From the NCBI RefSeq assembly GCF_024521635.1, contig NW_026250406.1:310001-374000 (forward strand): DNA of 64,000 nucleotides, given 5' to 3'. The DNA is from Tricharina praecox. Lineage: Eukaryota. How positions within the stretch are numbered: position 1 is the first letter of the stretch; the number at the start of each line of letters is the position of its first letter. Of this stretch, positions 60,901 to 64,000 are shown piece after piece. Position numbers and translations under genes: made by a program. The notes under the pieces are model-generated. The model was not told the DNA's origin. It was given only the letters and a program-made list of their open reading frames with translations, and did no database searches.

Positions 60901-61553
60901 TCATCTACTTGAGTGCCAACCGCTGCAGGATCTCAGACCAAGAGCATCCTACCCGCCACAGTTAAGGCCGCTGCCCGTACTGTGGAGGTAGTGGCCAAAT
61001 GGCCAAGCAGTGTCCCAACAAGAATCGAAATCTGTTCTTAGCAGCCGTAGCACGACTAGAGTCAGCTCAGCCCGCCAGCACCACTCCGTCGGACCCCTAC
61101 TACAACTGTAATCAGGATCGTGGTCAGACCTCCCAGCGGTTGTAAGAATTCTTGACCAACAAACACTTGATGGCACCGTTGTTGTTTGTATCCGGGAGAA
61201 GTCTTTGCCTCCTATGTACCTTATTTTTTGTTGGTCTAGTCAGGCAGTGTCAGAAATGGTTGTGGAACAATCATCAATGGAAGGAAAACATCTTGTTGTA
61301 TCGTGTAACCTTTTGTTTGTAGACAAAACCAATGCCACGCATGCGGTGATCGACTGTGGGGCAACCGAAATTGCATTTGTATACCAAGACTTCGCCCGCC
61401 ATCACCACCTACCCCTCGTACCCATCAAATCCTCGTGCACCCTCAAAGTTATTTGACGGCCGTACCATCAACTCAGGCGGCATTACCACCATCCTGTCCA
61501 TACAAGAATACCACGAAGAAATCCCTGTTTGTCACCCAACTAGGCCACTGCCC

Positions 61554-61664
61554 TGTAATGAAGTACACTGGGAAATTACTATACCACTCCGCCAATAGGT
61601 ATTTTGATGGCTCAAGGCCATCATCCTATTAGCTACTTGAGGCCATGAATTCTGAACTGTGACA
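61554..61664. mobile_element. 111-bp TG...CA insertion (mini solo LTR-like), copy 1
   Basis: Interrupts the LGHYP-VLG protease segment of G; homologous to 62481-62591; TSD degenerate. Confidence 0.78.
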
Positions 61665-62480
61665 ATCCTGCTGTACTAGGATTCCCTTGGATGGACCTCC
61701 ACGATGTGGCCATCCGGTTCAGCTCCCGGACCCTCACCTTCGGCTCTCGTTACTGTACAGGCAACTGCAATGCAGTGCCCACAGTTGCACATGGAATCAC
61801 CACCAGCCCGCCTGACGTATCTACCTATGCTGTCACGTCAAAACCAGCTCAGCAAGAGCCAGCGGTAAGCGCGGGGGTCGGCAACATCGTGGCCCGCTGC
61901 AGTACGTCTTCCTTTGGGAAGAATTACCAACAATGCACTAACCTTTCAAGGGAAAGTACAGTCAGAATCTCGGCTCTACGGATGGAGTCATTCAAACAAC
62001 TGGTCAGCAAGGTAGTCCTCTTGATTTTCCATACCACGCTTACCGAGATCAACAGTGCCCTAGAAGGAAAGAAGGACCCCACGGCATATATACCTCACAA
62101 ATACCATGAGTTCGTACTGTTGTTCTCCTGAGGCCTGGCCCAGAACCTGCCCCCGCAACGGCACCACGACCATCAGATTTCACTCAAGGAAGGATTGACG
62201 CCCCCATACGGACTACTGTACTCATTCTCGAAAACACAGCTCATTGCACTGAAGGAATGGCTGGACGGCAACCTCAGCAGAGGTTTCATCCAGGCTTCTT
62301 CCTCTCCAGCAGTGTCGCCAATCCTGTTTGTCAAGAAATTGCAAGGCTCCCACGCCTGTCTGTAAATTACAGGGGCCTGAATGAAGGAACCATCAAGAAC
62401 AGGTACCCACTCAGACTCCTCCAAGAAACCGCGATCGGGCTGTGCGGCGCAACCTACTTCACCACTCTGGATATCCGTGG

Positions 62481-62591
62481 TGTAATAAAATACAGTGAGG
62501 AAGTACTATATCACTTGACCAATAGGTGTTTTAAAGGCTGAAGGCCATCATCCCAGTAGCTACTTAAGGCGAGGATTGCCGAACTGTGACA
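62481..62591. mobile_element. 111-bp TG...CA insertion (mini solo LTR-like), copy 2
   Basis: Interrupts LDIRG|AYNL in RT of G; flanks CGTGG / AGTGG (4 of 5). Confidence 0.82.
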
Positions 62592-63424
62592 AGTGGTGCG
62601 TACAACCTGATATGGTTGGCTGAAGTGGAGGAGTGGAATACAGCCTTCCGGACACGCTATGACCAGTTTGAATCCTTCGTCATGCCCAGCGGCCTTACAA
62701 ACGCCCCTGCCGGCTTCCAAGCTCTGATCAATGATTTCCGACGCCCGTTCCTCAACAGTTTCTGCACCGCATCCATCGAAGATGTCTTCATCTACAGCGG
62801 ATCCTAAGAAGGACACCAGAAACAGGTCAGGCATGTACTTGAGGCTTTATCAGCAGCCGGCCTACATCTCATACCCAAAAAATGTCATTTCCTACAGGCG
62901 AAAGTGAAGTATTTGAGACTAATCATTACAACAAAAGGGATCAAGATGGACTTAGCGAAACTCTCCTGCATACTGGAAATGGAGGAGCCGAGTACGGTTA
63001 CCGATGTGCAATGCTTTCTGGGATTTGCAAACTTCTACCGGCGATTCATCCAAGACTATTCCAAGGTGGTATCCCCATTGACAGGATTGACCAAGAAGGA
63101 GAATGGAAAGTATGTTCCCTTCATGTGGGGACCAGAACAGCAGAAAGCATTCGACGAACTGAAAACAGCATTCACCTCGGCCCCGATCCTCCGGCACTTT
63201 GACTACGATAGGGAGATGGTAGTTGAAAATGACGCCTCTGACTACGTCTCTGCAGCAGTCCTATCTCAGTACGACGACAAGCGAATCCTGCAGCCAGTCG
63301 CGTTTTATTCCAAGAAACACTCCCCGGCAGAATGCAACTACAGATGTACGACAAAGACCTCCTCGCAATTATCCGCGCCTTTGAGGAGAGGAGACCACAC
63401 CTGGAGGGCGCTGCTCACCCCATC

Positions 63425-64000
63425 AGTGACACCCCAATAGACTCTGGGGCGGTCACAGAAGGAGCGGTACGTTCAGAACTGATCCCAACATAGGAGTAGA
63501 TAATTATAGCGTAGAGACAAGTAAGGCAGGAGCGAGCAAACGGGAATCAGAGTCTAGACAGCGATTGGCGATATGGGTGATGCATAGTAAAGTCTAATCC
63601 AGCTGAGACGGCCTGAGGCAGTGCATCATGGAACCCCGTGGAAAGAAAAGCCACAATGGAACCTGTTATGACCCGCGATTACCAATGTATCGACAAATGA
63701 AACGCTGCAGAGCCAGGCCGGTTCTCAGTGCCAACATGAAGATGTGTGCTGCTTACTCTGAGCTTTGCTGGGGTGGGAAATGGTAAATACTTCTTGACTA
63801 GTTGAAAATGACTATCCCTGTAATGGCTTACGACAACTGGACCGCCTAGACTCCAGGGGTCAGTCTCCGTAGCACTTACGCCACAGCATGACTCAAAGAG
63901 CGTTGGCAACGAAGTTTCCCATGACAGAGTTGTCCGATCACGTGCGTAGGTGTACTGGTAGATTACATAGTCACTCGACTATTGTGACGGAAAAATTTTA
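63425..64000 (+). mobile_element. Diverged family 2-related LTR running off the window end
   Basis: GTGACACCCCAATAGACTC..GGTCACAG..CAGAGTCTAGACAGCGAT..GGAACCTGTT resemble the 29341-29661 fragments and the C LTR. Confidence 0.72.

Larger units (their letters stand above)
60901..63424 (+). mobile_element. Element G: decayed family 1 internal region (gag end, PR, RT, RNase H) with two 111-bp insertions
   Basis: CPYCGGSG, VIDCGAT, NYRGLNEGTIKNRYP, FLGFANFYRRFI, ENDASD; many stops and frameshifts. Confidence 0.88.

Noticed and set aside
61554..62591. The two 111-bp repeats as paired LTRs of one TRIM carrying a pol fragment
   Set aside because: Family 1 pol is colinear before, between and after them, and the outer flanks (TGCCC / AGTGG) do not form a TSD
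1..64000. CRISPR arrays, tRNA or rRNA genes, prokaryotic operons
   Set aside because: None seen; repeats lack spacer structure and the genes are spliceosomal-intron fungal genes

Overview
Eukaryotic, intron-containing DNA from a filamentous ascomycete (Pezizomycetes-like is an inference only). Positions ~1-29.3 kb are gene-sparse. They contain a 7-exon Gal4-type Zn(II)2Cys6 transcription factor whose zinc cluster is assembled from two 15-nt micro-exons, three small secreted or cell-surface protein genes, a hAT transposase relic, two hAT-type MITEs (383 bp and 64 bp) and an old ~1.1-kb foldback element. From 29341 to the window end (~34.7 kb) the sequence is a continuous nest of chromodomain-bearing Ty3/gypsy retrotransposons from two families. 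Family 1 has 510-bp LTRs and an intact young copy A at 30122-36207. Family 2 has 690-bp LTRs and a full-length copy C at 37159-44528, with apparently identical LTRs but one nonsense codon before the protease. The nest also holds truncated copies, solo LTRs and two 111-bp TG...CA mini-insertions. Both families show Tf1-type self-priming primer sites and -1 frameshift cassettes. I found no clearly new multi-gene system. The best candidates for undescribed biology are the 111-bp mini-LTRs, a defective RT tract shared by two inverted copies, a 7-nt LTR stub, the family 2 Gag N-terminal extension and the micro-exon zinc finger. All alignments were done by eye.
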